DNA of 64,000 bases from NCBI GenBank assembly GCA_000002435.2, contig CM018791.1, one strand, 5' to 3'. A model generated the notes under the pieces. The model made no database searches, was not told where the DNA came from, and saw only the letters and a list, made by a program, of their open reading frames with translations. Each line of letters opens with the position of its first letter. The stretch's first letter is position 1. A program made the translations under genes and the position numbers. Source of the DNA: Giardia intestinalis. Lineage: Eukaryota. Positions 1 through 8,879 of this stretch are shown piece after piece.

Positions 1-1214
1 ACCCAAATAAAGGAGTGGCTAATTGTGCAACCTGTACTGCAGCACAACAATGCACTAAGTGCCTTCCGGGCTTCTTTAAGACTAGTGCTACAGCTTGTGA
101 TGCTTGTGGTGATAACTGTGCCACATGTTCTGTTGCTGGTGATCCAAATAAGTGTGAAACCTGCAAGACTGGATACTTCTTGGTAACTACTACAGATCCA
201 CAGGGGAAGAAGTGTGTCCCCTGTGACAGTACAACAGATGGTGGCCGCGAAGGCTGCAGTGTCTGCTCTAGCAACGGTGGATTCAAGTGCACTGAATGTA
301 AGCCCAACTATAAGAAGCAGTCCAATGGTGATGCGGGGGATGACTATACATGTGTGAAGACCTGCGAGGACCCCACGGCTTGTGGTGGTACTTCTGGCGC
401 CTGTGATGCCATCGTAATCGACAACACAGGGAAGGAGCTTCACTACTGTTCATACTGTGGAAAGGACAGTGAGTTCCCCATTAATGGACTATGTGTTGGG
501 AATGAAAAGAAAGAGGGGAATAACTGTAACAGTCATACATGTACATCATGTACTACAGGATACTTCTTGTACATGGGAGGCTGCTATAAGTATGATACAG
601 AACCAGGAAGCCTCATGTGCAAGACCGCTGAAGGGGGCAAGTGCACAGTTGCCAATGATGGTAATAAGTACTTCGTAGTACCAGAGGCACAGACCACTGA
701 TCGGTCCGTGTTGGCCTGTGGCAACCCCCTTGGCACACTAGTAGGCACTGATAGTACCTCTAAGGCATACGTGGGGGTACTCAACTGTTCACAGTGTAAA
801 GCACCAGTAGCTCTGACAACAGTTGGTATGGCTGCCGCTGTCTGTACCTCCTGTGACAATAGTAAGAAGCCCAACAGGGATGGCAGTGGGTGCTTCCCAT
901 GTACCGTTAGTGGATGCTCGCACTGCAACAGGGATGACATGTGCGAGGCATGCAGTAGTGGTAAGAAGGTGAGCCCTGGAAGGAAGTCATGCGTGGATAG
1001 CTGCCCCAGCAACTCCACTGACACCGACTCTGTCTGTGTGTGCAACGATGGATACAGCCCTGACAGCAGTGGGACCTCCTGTGCGTCCTCTGGCACCAAC
1101 AGGAGCGGCCTCAGCACAGGGGCCATCGCGGGGATCGCCGTCGCCGTGGTCGTCGTTGTGGGGGGCCTCGTGGGCTTCCTCTGCTGGTGGTTCATATGTA
1201 GAGGGAAGGCGTGA
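1..1214 (+). CDS. VSP (variant-specific surface protein) unit 1, truncated at its 5' end by the window edge. Ends with a TM helix plus the CRGKA tail.
   Basis: Frame 0 is open from nt 3 to a TGA at 1212-1214. Numerous CXXC motifs. GGCYK motif. C-terminal '...GAIAGIAVAVVVVVGGLVGFLCWWFICRGKA*', a hydrophobic TM helix followed by the invariant 5-aa CRGKA tail. The first ~190 nt are identical to an internal segment of unit 3 (3886 onward). Confidence 0.85.
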   Translation, partial: PNKGVANCATCTAAQQCTKCLPGFFKTSATACDACGDNCATCSVAGDPNKCETCKTGYFLVTTTDPQGKKCVPCDSTTDGGREGCSVCSSNGGFKCTECKPNYKKQSNGDAGDDYTCVKTCEDPTACGGTSGACDAIVIDNTGKELHYCSYCGKDSEFPINGLCVGNEKKEGNNCNSHTCTSCTTGYFLYMGGCYKYDTEPGSLMCKTAEGGKCTVANDGNKYFVVPEAQTTDRSVLACGNPLGTLVGTDSTSKAYVGVLNCSQCKAPVALTTVGMAAAVCTSCDNSKKPNRDGSGCFPCTVSGCSHCNRDDMCEACSSGKKVSPGRKSCVDSCPSNSTDTDSVCVCNDGYSPDSSGTSCASSGTNRSGLSTGAIAGIAVAVVVVVGGLVGFLCWWFICRGKA

Positions 1215-1221
1215 CTTAGGT

Positions 1222-1228
1222 AGTGAAT
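1222..1228 (+). promoter_or_regulatory. Putative Giardia polyadenylation signal AGTGAAT (AGTRAAY class), 8 nt after the unit 1 stop.
   Basis: The motif 'cttaggtAGTGAATgct' recurs after every VSP unit. The Giardia poly(A) signal consensus is AGTRAAY, located within about 30 nt of the stop. Confidence 0.6.
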
Positions 1229-1236
1229 GCTGTACA

Positions 1237-1283
1237 GTGATAGTGATAGTGATAGTGCTATGTGGTGTGTGGGGTGATAGTGG
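1237..1283. repeat. Inter-VSP spacer microsatellite (GTGATA)3 followed by a GT-rich 'GTGTGTGGGGTGATAGTGGTGGTGTGGG' segment.
   Basis: Direct reading: gtgata gtgata gtgata gtg at 1237-1257, then gtgatagtgg at 1274-1283. The 6-nt period keeps one frame open ('VIVIVIV') while placing TGA and TAG in the other two. Confidence 0.85.
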
Positions 1284-1302
1284 TGGTGTGGGACTCCTCT
1301 TC

Positions 1303-3168
1303 ATGGGCGGGTGCTACAACAGGACAAGACCTGGCAGTGAGATATGCACAGCAGCCAGTAACGGAGTATGCACTGCTTGTAATACAAAGAACGGCCTGTT
1401 CAAGAACCCAGTTACACCTCAGAAGCCTGGTAGTGAGTGCATCCTCTGCTGGGACACGGTGGGAGATGGCGCGACGAAGGGAGTAGAGAACTGCGCACAG
1501 TGTCAGGCACCACAGAGTGCAGGAGCAGCTACATGCACTGCCTGTCAAGATGGATACTATAAGAACGCTCAGACATGTGAGAAGTGTGATCAGTCCTGTC
1601 TGACCTGTGAGACTACAGAGACCCAGTGTACCTCTTGTAAGGGAAATACGTTCCTGAAGGATAATGCATGCGTGAATAGTGATGGATGCACTGGAAACAC
1701 TTATGCTGACCCTGTGACAATGACCTGCAAGGCGTCTGCAATAACTGATTGCACCACGTGTGAGTACAACCCGGCAACTGGGGGCCCAAAGTGCACGGCA
1801 TGTAATGGAGCTAAGATAGTCAAGGAAGAGGCCGACGGGACGACTACGTGTATAGACGCCGGCACCTGCACTCAAAGCGGAGCAACTGGTGAGAACTTCT
1901 TGAGCGACGGAGATGCCGAATGCATACTATGTAGCAACGATAGCAGCAAGACAGATAATAACAAGGGAAGCCCCGGTTGCGGGACCTGCAGCAAGAACGG
2001 CGCTAAGCCAGAATGCAAGACGTGCCTCGATGGCTACTACGACAGCGGGAACGGTAACCCCGCCGTATGCGTTGCGTGCGCTGGCGATTGCGGAAAGTGC
2101 GGGCCAGGAGGCGCTATAGATACCTGTGAAAAGTGCAAGCCAGGGTTTTTCTTAAAGAATGACGGGGCCAAGAAGTGCGTCCCCTGCGACGATCCGACAG
2201 ATGGAGTGCCCGGCTGTGCAACGTGCACCTTCTCTAACTCGTTTACTTGTGACTCTTGTAAGGTGAACTACCAAAAGAAGGTAGGGGCTGGAGGAGCGGT
2301 CACGTGTGAGAAGACTTGTGAAGACCCTACTGCTTGTGGTGGTACTTCTGGCGCCTGCGATGCAATAGTGATCGACAACACAGGGAAGGAGCTTCACTAC
2401 TGTTCATACTGTGGAAAGGACAGTGAGTTCCCCATTAATGGACTATGTGTTGGGAATGAAAAGAAAGAGGGGAATAACTGTAACAGTCATACATGTACAT
2501 CATGTACTACAGGATACTTCTTGTACATGGGAGGCTGCTATAAGTATGATACAGAACCAGGAAGCCTCATGTGCAAGACCGCTGAAGGGGGCAAGTGCAC
2601 AGTTGCCAATGATGGTAATAAGTACTTCGTAGTACCAGAGGCACAGACCACTGATCGGTCCGTGTTGGCCTGTGGCAACCCCCTTGGCACACTAGTAGGC
2701 ACTGATAGTACCTCTAAGGCATACGTGGGGGTACTCAACTGTTCACAGTGTACAGCCCCAGCAGCTCCATCTGAGGGTGGCATGACTGCCGCCACGTGCA
2801 CAGCGTGTACCAACAACAACAAGCCCAACCTGGCTGGGAGCGGGTGCTTCCCATGTACCGTTAGTGGATGCTCGCACTGCAACAGGGATGACATGTGCGA
2901 GGCATGCAGTAGTGGTAAGAAGGTGAGCCCTGGAAGGAAGTCATGCGTGGATAGCTGCCCCAGCAACTCCACTGACACCGACTCTGTCTGTGTGTGCAAC
3001 GATGGATACAGCCCTGACAGCAGTGGGACCTCCTGTGCGTCCTCTGGCACCAACAGGAGCGGGCTCTCCACGGGGGCCATCGCGGGCATCTCCGTCGCTG
3101 TGGTCGTCGTCGTGGGGGGCCTCGTGGGCTTCTTGTGTTGGTGGTTCGTGTGTAGAGGGAAGGCGTGA
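1303..3168 (+). CDS. VSP unit 2, N-terminally truncated. The first in-frame ATG lies inside the GGCY motif and there is no signal peptide. Possible silent cassette or pseudogene.
   Basis: The VSP-homologous frame runs from about 1285 to a TGA at 3166-3168 and ends in CRGKA. The ORF-track extension back to 1036 merely reads unit 1's 3' end in the +1 frame. The only in-frame ATG after the previous stop is 1303, giving 'MGGCYNRTRPGSEICTAASNGVCTACN', which has no hydrophobic leader. Nearly identical to unit 6. Confidence 0.8.
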   Translation: MGGCYNRTRPGSEICTAASNGVCTACNTKNGLFKNPVTPQKPGSECILCWDTVGDGATKGVENCAQCQAPQSAGAATCTACQDGYYKNAQTCEKCDQSCLTCETTETQCTSCKGNTFLKDNACVNSDGCTGNTYADPVTMTCKASAITDCTTCEYNPATGGPKCTACNGAKIVKEEADGTTTCIDAGTCTQSGATGENFLSDGDAECILCSNDSSKTDNNKGSPGCGTCSKNGAKPECKTCLDGYYDSGNGNPAVCVACAGDCGKCGPGGAIDTCEKCKPGFFLKNDGAKKCVPCDDPTDGVPGCATCTFSNSFTCDSCKVNYQKKVGAGGAVTCEKTCEDPTACGGTSGACDAIVIDNTGKELHYCSYCGKDSEFPINGLCVGNEKKEGNNCNSHTCTSCTTGYFLYMGGCYKYDTEPGSLMCKTAEGGKCTVANDGNKYFVVPEAQTTDRSVLACGNPLGTLVGTDSTSKAYVGVLNCSQCTAPAAPSEGGMTAATCTACTNNNKPNLAGSGCFPCTVSGCSHCNRDDMCEACSSGKKVSPGRKSCVDSCPSNSTDTDSVCVCNDGYSPDSSGTSCASSGTNRSGLSTGAIAGISVAVVVVVGGLVGFLCWWFVCRGKA

Positions 3169-3175
3169 CTTAGGT

Positions 3176-3182
3176 AGTGAAT
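3176..3182 (+). promoter_or_regulatory. Putative polyadenylation signal AGTGAAT after unit 2.
   Basis: Same conserved 3' flank as the other units. Confidence 0.6.
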
Positions 3183-3194
3183 GCTATACAATGT

Positions 3195-3250
3195 GTGATA
3201 GAGGGTGATAATGGGTGATAATGGGTGATAGGGTGATAGTGGAGTGTGAT
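3195..3250. repeat. Inter-VSP spacer ~10-nt repeat GTGATARNGG, five degenerate copies.
   Basis: gtgatagagg / gtgataatgg / gtgataatgg / gtgataggg / tgatagtgg / agtgtgat. Contains TGA/TAG in all three frames. TAG at 3237-3239 closes the body frame nine nt upstream of the GTG 'start'. Confidence 0.85.
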
Positions 3251-5066
3251 ATGCACAGCAGCCAGTAATGGAGTGTGCACTGAGTGTAATACAGATAGTC
3301 AGTACATATTCCAGAACAGGGCTACACCTCAGAAACCTGGTAGTGAGTGCATTCTGTGCTGGGACACGGTGGGAGATGGCGCGACAAAGGGAGTAGAGAA
3401 CTGCGCCACATGTACAGCGCCAGCTAGTAGTCCAGGAGCTGCCACGTGCGCTGAGTGCAAGGCAGGGTACTATAAAGAGAATAACGAATGCAAACCATGC
3501 CAGGAGAACTGTGCCACATGTACCGGGGCCGGTCAGAATCAGTGTTCATCTTGTAAAGCGGGCTTCTATCTGAAGACTGACAAGTCATGCTCAGAAACCT
3601 GCGATAATAACCAGTACTCCAACCCAAGCACCGGCAAGTGCACAGCCTGTAGTGATGCAGAAGCGGGGATAGCTGATTGCGACACATGCACATACGATAC
3701 GACGCTGCAGAAGCCGAAGTGCACAGCCTGTGGTAGCAGTGGGAAAAAGGTGAAGACGGCCATCGACGGCACCACGACATGTGTTACTGTTACATCCGAT
3801 TGCGTAGACGAGAATCACTTCAAGGCAGATGATGACTCAGCTTGTTATCTATGTAGTGATACAACAGGAACAGACCCAAATAAAGGAGTGGCTAATTGTG
3901 CAACCTGTACTGCAGCACAACAATGCACTAAGTGCCTTCCGGGCTTCTTTAAGACTAGTGCTACAGCTTGTGATGCTTGTGGTGATAACTGTGCCACATG
4001 TTCTGTTGCTGGTGATCCAAATAAGTGTGAAACCTGCAAGACTGGATACTTCTTGGTAACTACTACAGATCCACAGGGGAAGAAGTGTGTCCCCTGTGAC
4101 AGTACAACAGATGGTGGCCGCGAAGGCTGCAGTGTCTGCTCTAGCAACGGTGGATTCAAGTGCACTGAATGTAAGCCCAACTATAAGAAGCAGTCCAATG
4201 GTGATGCGGGGGATGACTATACATGTGTGAAGACCTGCGAGGACCCCACGGCTTGTGGTGGTACTTCTGGCGCCTGTGATGCCATCGTAATCGACAACAC
4301 AGGGAAGGAGCTTCACTACTGTTCTTACTGTGGAAAGGACAGTGAGTTCCCTATTGATGGTATATGTAATAGTGATAAAGGAACTAATCAATGTAATCAA
4401 GGTGTATGTACATCATGTACTACGGGGTACTTTATGTACATGAATGGTTGTTACAAGGTGACAGAGGTGCCGGGTAAGTCCATGTGCACAAAGGCAGGTG
4501 ATGGTGTCTGCACAGAGGCGGCAGCTGGGTACTTCATCCCTCCCTCGCCCACCAAGGACAAGCAGTCTGTCCTCTCCTGTGGGAACCCCCTTGGGGTCGA
4601 GCTGGCTGGTCAGAAGGCATACGTAGGAGTAGATGGCTGCTCCCAGTGTAAAGCACCAGTAGCTCTGACAACAGTTGGTATGGCTGCCGCTGTCTGTACC
4701 TCCTGTGACAATAGTAAGAAGCCCAACAGGGATGGCAGTGGGTGCTTCACATGTACCGTTAGTGGATGCTCGCACTGCAACAGGGATGACATGTGCGAGG
4801 CATGCAGTAGTGGTAAGAAGGTGAGCCCTGGAAGGAAGTCATGCGTGGATAGCTGCCCCAGCAACTCCACTGACACCGACTCTGTCTGTGTGTGCAACGA
4901 TGGATACAGCCCTGACAGCAGTGGGACCTCCTGTGCGTCCTCTGGCACCAACAGGAGCGGGCTCTCCACGGGGGCCATCGCGGGCATCTCCGTGGCTGTG
5001 GTCGTTGTCGTGGGGGGCCTCGTGGGCTTCCTCTGCTGGTGGTTCATATGTAGAGGGAAGGCGTAG
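3246..5066 (+). CDS. VSP unit 3. There is no ATG; the ORF-track start is a GTG. No signal peptide; ends in CRGKA. Possible silent cassette or pseudogene.
   Basis: Positions 3246-3248 are GTG. A TAG at 3237-3239, within the GTGATA spacer, closes the frame immediately upstream. None of the five ATGs in the spacer is in the body frame, and each meets a stop within 6-16 codons. The first in-frame ATG is about 1.2 kb downstream ('GYFMYMNGCYKV'). CXXC-rich. Conserved 'CEDPTACGGTSGACDAIVID...HYCSYCG' core. TM helix plus CRGKA, TAG at 5064-5066. Confidence 0.8.
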   Translation: MICTAASNGVCTECNTDSQYIFQNRATPQKPGSECILCWDTVGDGATKGVENCATCTAPASSPGAATCAECKAGYYKENNECKPCQENCATCTGAGQNQCSSCKAGFYLKTDKSCSETCDNNQYSNPSTGKCTACSDAEAGIADCDTCTYDTTLQKPKCTACGSSGKKVKTAIDGTTTCVTVTSDCVDENHFKADDDSACYLCSDTTGTDPNKGVANCATCTAAQQCTKCLPGFFKTSATACDACGDNCATCSVAGDPNKCETCKTGYFLVTTTDPQGKKCVPCDSTTDGGREGCSVCSSNGGFKCTECKPNYKKQSNGDAGDDYTCVKTCEDPTACGGTSGACDAIVIDNTGKELHYCSYCGKDSEFPIDGICNSDKGTNQCNQGVCTSCTTGYFMYMNGCYKVTEVPGKSMCTKAGDGVCTEAAAGYFIPPSPTKDKQSVLSCGNPLGVELAGQKAYVGVDGCSQCKAPVALTTVGMAAAVCTSCDNSKKPNRDGSGCFTCTVSGCSHCNRDDMCEACSSGKKVSPGRKSCVDSCPSNSTDTDSVCVCNDGYSPDSSGTSCASSGTNRSGLSTGAIAGISVAVVVVVGGLVGFLCWWFICRGKA

Positions 5067-5076
5067 GTACTTAGGT

Positions 5077-5083
5077 AGTGAAT
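5077..5083 (+). promoter_or_regulatory. Putative polyadenylation signal AGTGAAT after unit 3.
   Basis: Same conserved 3' flank. Confidence 0.6.
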
Positions 5084-5094
5084 GCTGTACAATG

Positions 5095-5152
5095 TGTGAT
5101 AGAAGGTGATAGTGGGTGATAATGGGTGATAGAGGGTGATAGTGGAGTGTGA
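5095..5152. repeat. Inter-VSP spacer GTGATARNGG-type repeat.
   Basis: gtgatagaaggtgatagtgggtgataatgggtgatagagggtgatagtggagtgtgat. Same architecture as 3195-3250. Confidence 0.85.
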
Positions 5153-6870
5153 TATGCACAAAGGCTGAGGGAGGAGTGTGCACTGCTTGTAAGGCAGATA
5201 ACGGCCTGTTCAAGAACCCGGCTGCAGCACCGAAGCCTGGTAGTGAGTGCATACTGTGCTCTGATATCAAGGGAGCAGATGGATATACGGGGGTGGCTAA
5301 CTGCGCACAGTGTACCAAGTCAGACAGTAGTCCAGGAGCAGCCACGTGTAGTACCTGCAGAGATGGATACTACATGGACTCTCAGGCATGTGTCAAATGT
5401 AATGACGCTTGTCTGACCTGCGATGGAAGTGGTCCGAATCAGTGTACATCGTGCCCAGAGGGGAAGTACCTGAAGACTGACAAGTCATGCGTGAATAATA
5501 ATGGATGCACTGGAAACACTTATGCTGACCCTGTGACAATGACCTGCAAGGATTCTGCAATAACTGATTGCACCACGTGTGAGTACAATGCGACCGTCAG
5601 TAAGCCCCAGTGCACCGCCTGTAATAACAATAAGAAGGTGAAGACGGCCATCGACGGCACCACGACATGTGTTACTGTTACATCCGATTGCGTAGACGAG
5701 AATCACTTCAAGGCAGATGATGACTCAGCTTGTTATCTATGTAGTGATACAACAGGAACAGACCCAAATAAAGGAGTGGCTAATTGTGCAACCTGTACTG
5801 CAGCACAACAATGCACTAAGTGCCTTCCGGGCTTCTTTAAGACTAGTGCTACAGCTTGTGATGCTTGTGGTGATAACTGTGCCACATGTTCTGTTGCTGG
5901 TGATCCAAATAAGTGTGAAACCTGCAAGACTGGATACTTCTTAGTAACTACTACAGATCAACAGGGGAAGAAGTGCGTCCCATGCGATAGCGTAGACGAT
6001 AAGGGTCGCGAAGGCTGCAGTGTCTGCTCTAACAACGGTGCTTTCAAGTGCACTGACTGTAAGCCTAACTATCGCAAGGAGGGCAGTACTGGCTCTGTCA
6101 CATGCACCAAGATCTGTGAAGATGATACTGCCTGTGGAGGAACTTCTGGTGCCTGCGATGCAATAGTGATTGATGATAAGGGTGTAGAGCATCATTATTG
6201 CTCATACTGTGGAGAAGCTAATACGTATCCTATAGATGGGAAGTGTAATAGTGCTAAAGCAAATAATCAATGTGATCAAGGTGTATGTACACAATGCACT
6301 AACAACTACTTCTTGTATATGGGAGGTTGTTACAAGGTTGATACAGTACCTGGACAACATATGTGCAAGACAGCAGCCAACGGTGTCTGTACTGCTGTTA
6401 ATGCCAACAATAGGTACTTCATAGTCCCTGGGGCAACCAATCAGAATCAGTCTGTATTGGCATGTAGCAACTCCCTTGGCACACTAGTAGGCACTGGTGA
6501 TACCTCTAAGGCATATGTGGGGGTAGATGGCTGTTCGGCATGTACGGCCCCAGCAGCTCTGTCTGATGGTGGTATGACTGCCGCTGTGTGTACCTCCTGT
6601 GACAGTGGTAAGGTGCCCAACAAGGACGGCAGTGGGTGTGTGACATGCTCTGTGGGTGATTGTAAGAGCTGTGTGATGGATAATATATGTGAAGAGTGCA
6701 ACAGTGGTTTCAGCATAGACAGCAGTGGGGCCTCCTGTGTGTCTATGAGTACCAACAGGAGCGGGCTCTCCACGGGGGCCATCGCGGGGATCTCCGTCGC
6801 TGTGGTCGTTGTCGTGGGGGGCCTCGTGGGCTTCCTCTGCTGGTGGTTCATATGTAGAGGGAAGGCATGA
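5149..6870 (+). CDS. VSP unit 4, the most divergent copy. There is no ATG; the ORF-track start is a GTG. No signal peptide; ends in CRGKA.
   Basis: Positions 5149-5151 are GTG. The frame is open to a TGA at 6868-6870. Its C-terminal cysteine module is distinct ('CVTCSVGDCKSCVMDNICEECNSGFSIDSSGASCVSMSTNRSGLSTG...') but the TM helix and CRGKA tail are the same. The 5' half is shared with unit 7. Confidence 0.8.
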   Translation: MICTKAEGGVCTACKADNGLFKNPAAAPKPGSECILCSDIKGADGYTGVANCAQCTKSDSSPGAATCSTCRDGYYMDSQACVKCNDACLTCDGSGPNQCTSCPEGKYLKTDKSCVNNNGCTGNTYADPVTMTCKDSAITDCTTCEYNATVSKPQCTACNNNKKVKTAIDGTTTCVTVTSDCVDENHFKADDDSACYLCSDTTGTDPNKGVANCATCTAAQQCTKCLPGFFKTSATACDACGDNCATCSVAGDPNKCETCKTGYFLVTTTDQQGKKCVPCDSVDDKGREGCSVCSNNGAFKCTDCKPNYRKEGSTGSVTCTKICEDDTACGGTSGACDAIVIDDKGVEHHYCSYCGEANTYPIDGKCNSAKANNQCDQGVCTQCTNNYFLYMGGCYKVDTVPGQHMCKTAANGVCTAVNANNRYFIVPGATNQNQSVLACSNSLGTLVGTGDTSKAYVGVDGCSACTAPAALSDGGMTAAVCTSCDSGKVPNKDGSGCVTCSVGDCKSCVMDNICEECNSGFSIDSSGASCVSMSTNRSGLSTGAIAGISVAVVVVVGGLVGFLCWWFICRGKA

Positions 6871-6877
6871 CTCAGGT

Positions 6878-6884
6878 AGTGAAT
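6878..6884 (+). promoter_or_regulatory. Putative polyadenylation signal AGTGAAT after unit 4.
   Basis: Same conserved 3' flank ('ctcaggtagtgaat'). Confidence 0.6.
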
Positions 6885-6890
6885 GCTATA

Positions 6891-6950
6891 CAATGTGTGA
6901 TAATGGGTAATAGAGGGTGATAGTGTGATAGTGATAGTGGAGTGTGATAT
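6891..6950. repeat. Inter-VSP spacer GTGATA-type repeat (degenerate 10-nt and 6-7-nt copies).
   Basis: gtgtgataatgggtaatagagggtgatagtgtgatagtgatagtggagtgtgat. Confidence 0.8.
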
Positions 6951-8791
6951 GCACAAAGGCCAGTAGTGGACTGTGCACTGCTTGTAAGACAGATAACAAG
7001 TACATATTCCAGAACAGGGCAGACAAGGTGACTCCTGGTGGGGAGTGCATCTTGTGCTCTGATATCAAGGGAGCGAATGAGAACAAAGGAGTGGCCAACT
7101 GCCTCAAGTGCACGGCGCCAGCTAGTAGTCCAGGACCTGCCACGTGTACTGAGTGCAAGGCTGGGTACGTTAAGGATAGCGTTTCTAATACGTGTAAGAA
7201 GTGCGGAGAGGGCTGCTCAGAGAGTAATCAAAATCAATGCTCGGCATGCGTTGAGGGGAAGTACCTGAAGGGTGATAACACTTGTGTAGAGGCTAGTGGA
7301 TGCGGTGCTGGTAACTATGCAGACCCGACAACAGGCCAATGTAAGGCATGTGATCCCGACATAGCTGGGTGCACCGCATGTGAATATAATGATGCCACGG
7401 GGAAGCCAAGGTGCACCAACTGCGGGACCAATAAGACCCCCAGGACGACCCTTGATGGGACCTCGACCTGTGTGACAAAAGACTACGCTGGATGTAAAGG
7501 CGCTGACGGGGCCCTATTTATGAAGGAGGACAAAACATGTGTTTTATGCAGTACCGTTTCAGCTGGAGCCGATCCAAATGACCAGGGCATTGCCGGGTGT
7601 AAGAAGTGTACCAAGGACTCGGCGACACCGCCAACCTGCTCGGAGTGCCTCGACGGATATTACAATAGCGCAACTGGTGGTAGTGGTACGGCTACATGTG
7701 AAGCTTGTGGTGATAATTGTGCCACCTGTGCTAAGGATACAAAAGACCAATGCATGACCTGTAAGCCCGGGTTCTTCATGAAAGGTAGTGGTCCTGGCAC
7801 ATGCGTCCCCTGTGATGACCAAACAGATGGAGTGCCTGGCTGTGCAACGTGCACCTTCTCTAGCTCGTTGACCTGCAACTCCTGTAAGCCCAACTACAAG
7901 CAGAGTGGTACCGGTCCTTTTACATGCACCAAGACTTGTGAAGACCCCACTGCCTGCGGGGGCACTTCTGGTGCCTGCGATGCCATGATAATTGATGATC
8001 AGGGCACCACAAAGCACTACTGTTCCTACTGTGGAGAGACCAATAAGATACCAATTGATGGGAAGTGTGTTGATAGTGGTAGTATAAATGGTAATACTTG
8101 TGCTAAAGGTGTATGTACACAGTGTGCTCAAGGATACTTCTTATACATGGGAGGCTGTTATAAGGTAGCAAGTCCACCCGGTAACCTCATGTGCACTGAA
8201 GCAACAACAGCTGGTGTCTGTGATACACCCAATGCCAATAATAAGTACTTCGTAGTCCCAGAAGCAAAGCCTACTCAACAGTCTGTGTTGGCTTGTGGTA
8301 ACCCCCTGGGCACACTAGTAGGCACTGATAGTACCGCTAAGGCATATGTGGGGGTGGATGGCTGCTCCCAGTGTACAGCCCCAACAGCTCCATCTGAGGG
8401 TGGCATGACTGCCGCCACGTGCACAGCGTGTACCAACAACAACAAGCCCAACCTGGCTGGGAGCGGGTGCTTCCCATGTACCGTTAGTGGATGCTCGCAC
8501 TGCAACAGGGATGACATGTGCGAGGCATGCAGTAGTGGTAAGAAGGTGAGCCCTGGAAGGAAGTCATGCGTGGATAGCTGCCCCAGCAACTCCACTGATG
8601 ATAACTCTGTCTGTGTGTGCAACGATGGATACAGCCCTGACAGCAGTGGGACCTCCTGTGTGTCCTCTGGCGCCAACAGGAGCGGCCTCAGCACAGGGGC
8701 CATCGCGGGGATCGCCGTCGCCGTGGTCGTCGTTGTGGGGGGCCTCGTGGGCTTCCTCTGCTGGTGGTTCATATGTAGAGGGAAGGCGTGA
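6944..8791 (+). CDS. VSP unit 5. There is no ATG; the ORF-track start is a GTG. No signal peptide; ends in CRGKA.
   Basis: Positions 6944-6946 are GTG. TGA at 8789-8791. CXXC-rich with a GGCYK motif. The C-terminal 100 aa are nearly identical to the other units. The 3' end plus the following spacer are identical to the unit 1 to unit 2 junction. Confidence 0.8.
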   Translation: MICTKASSGLCTACKTDNKYIFQNRADKVTPGGECILCSDIKGANENKGVANCLKCTAPASSPGPATCTECKAGYVKDSVSNTCKKCGEGCSESNQNQCSACVEGKYLKGDNTCVEASGCGAGNYADPTTGQCKACDPDIAGCTACEYNDATGKPRCTNCGTNKTPRTTLDGTSTCVTKDYAGCKGADGALFMKEDKTCVLCSTVSAGADPNDQGIAGCKKCTKDSATPPTCSECLDGYYNSATGGSGTATCEACGDNCATCAKDTKDQCMTCKPGFFMKGSGPGTCVPCDDQTDGVPGCATCTFSSSLTCNSCKPNYKQSGTGPFTCTKTCEDPTACGGTSGACDAMIIDDQGTTKHYCSYCGETNKIPIDGKCVDSGSINGNTCAKGVCTQCAQGYFLYMGGCYKVASPPGNLMCTEATTAGVCDTPNANNKYFVVPEAKPTQQSVLACGNPLGTLVGTDSTAKAYVGVDGCSQCTAPTAPSEGGMTAATCTACTNNNKPNLAGSGCFPCTVSGCSHCNRDDMCEACSSGKKVSPGRKSCVDSCPSNSTDDNSVCVCNDGYSPDSSGTSCVSSGANRSGLSTGAIAGIAVAVVVVVGGLVGFLCWWFICRGKA

Positions 8792-8798
8792 CTTAGGT

Positions 8799-8805
8799 AG
8801 TGAAT
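8799..8805 (+). promoter_or_regulatory. Putative polyadenylation signal AGTGAAT after unit 5.
   Basis: Same conserved 3' flank. Confidence 0.6.
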
Positions 8806-8813
8806 GCTGTACA

Positions 8814-8860
8814 GTGATAGTGATAGTGATAGTGCTATGTGGTGTGTGGGGTGATAGTGG
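8814..8860. repeat. Inter-VSP spacer (GTGATA)3 plus a GT-rich segment, identical to 1237-1283.
   Basis: The whole 88-nt junction 8792-8879 is identical to 1215-1302. Confidence 0.85.
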
Positions 8861-8879
8861 TGGTGTGGGACTCCTCTTC

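Noticed and set aside
1036-1302. 5' extensions of ORFs 1036..3168 and 8598..10748 ('MCATMDTALTAVGPPVRPLAPTGAASAQ...CCTVIVIVIV').
   Set aside because: They read the preceding unit's conserved 3' end and the (GTGATA)3 spacer in the +1 frame, then cross its stop codon and poly(A) signal. The translation is not VSP-like. The open frame is fortuitous, owing to the 6-nt repeat.
3237-3260. 'atatgcaCAG' at each unit start resembles a Giardia 3' splice site (..ACAG), which could allow a signal-peptide exon to be spliced on.
   Set aside because: No CTRAC branch-point motif lies upstream as in known Giardia introns (ACTAACACACAG). The sequence is simply the coding sequence 'ICT', homologous to internal 'MCKT' modules.
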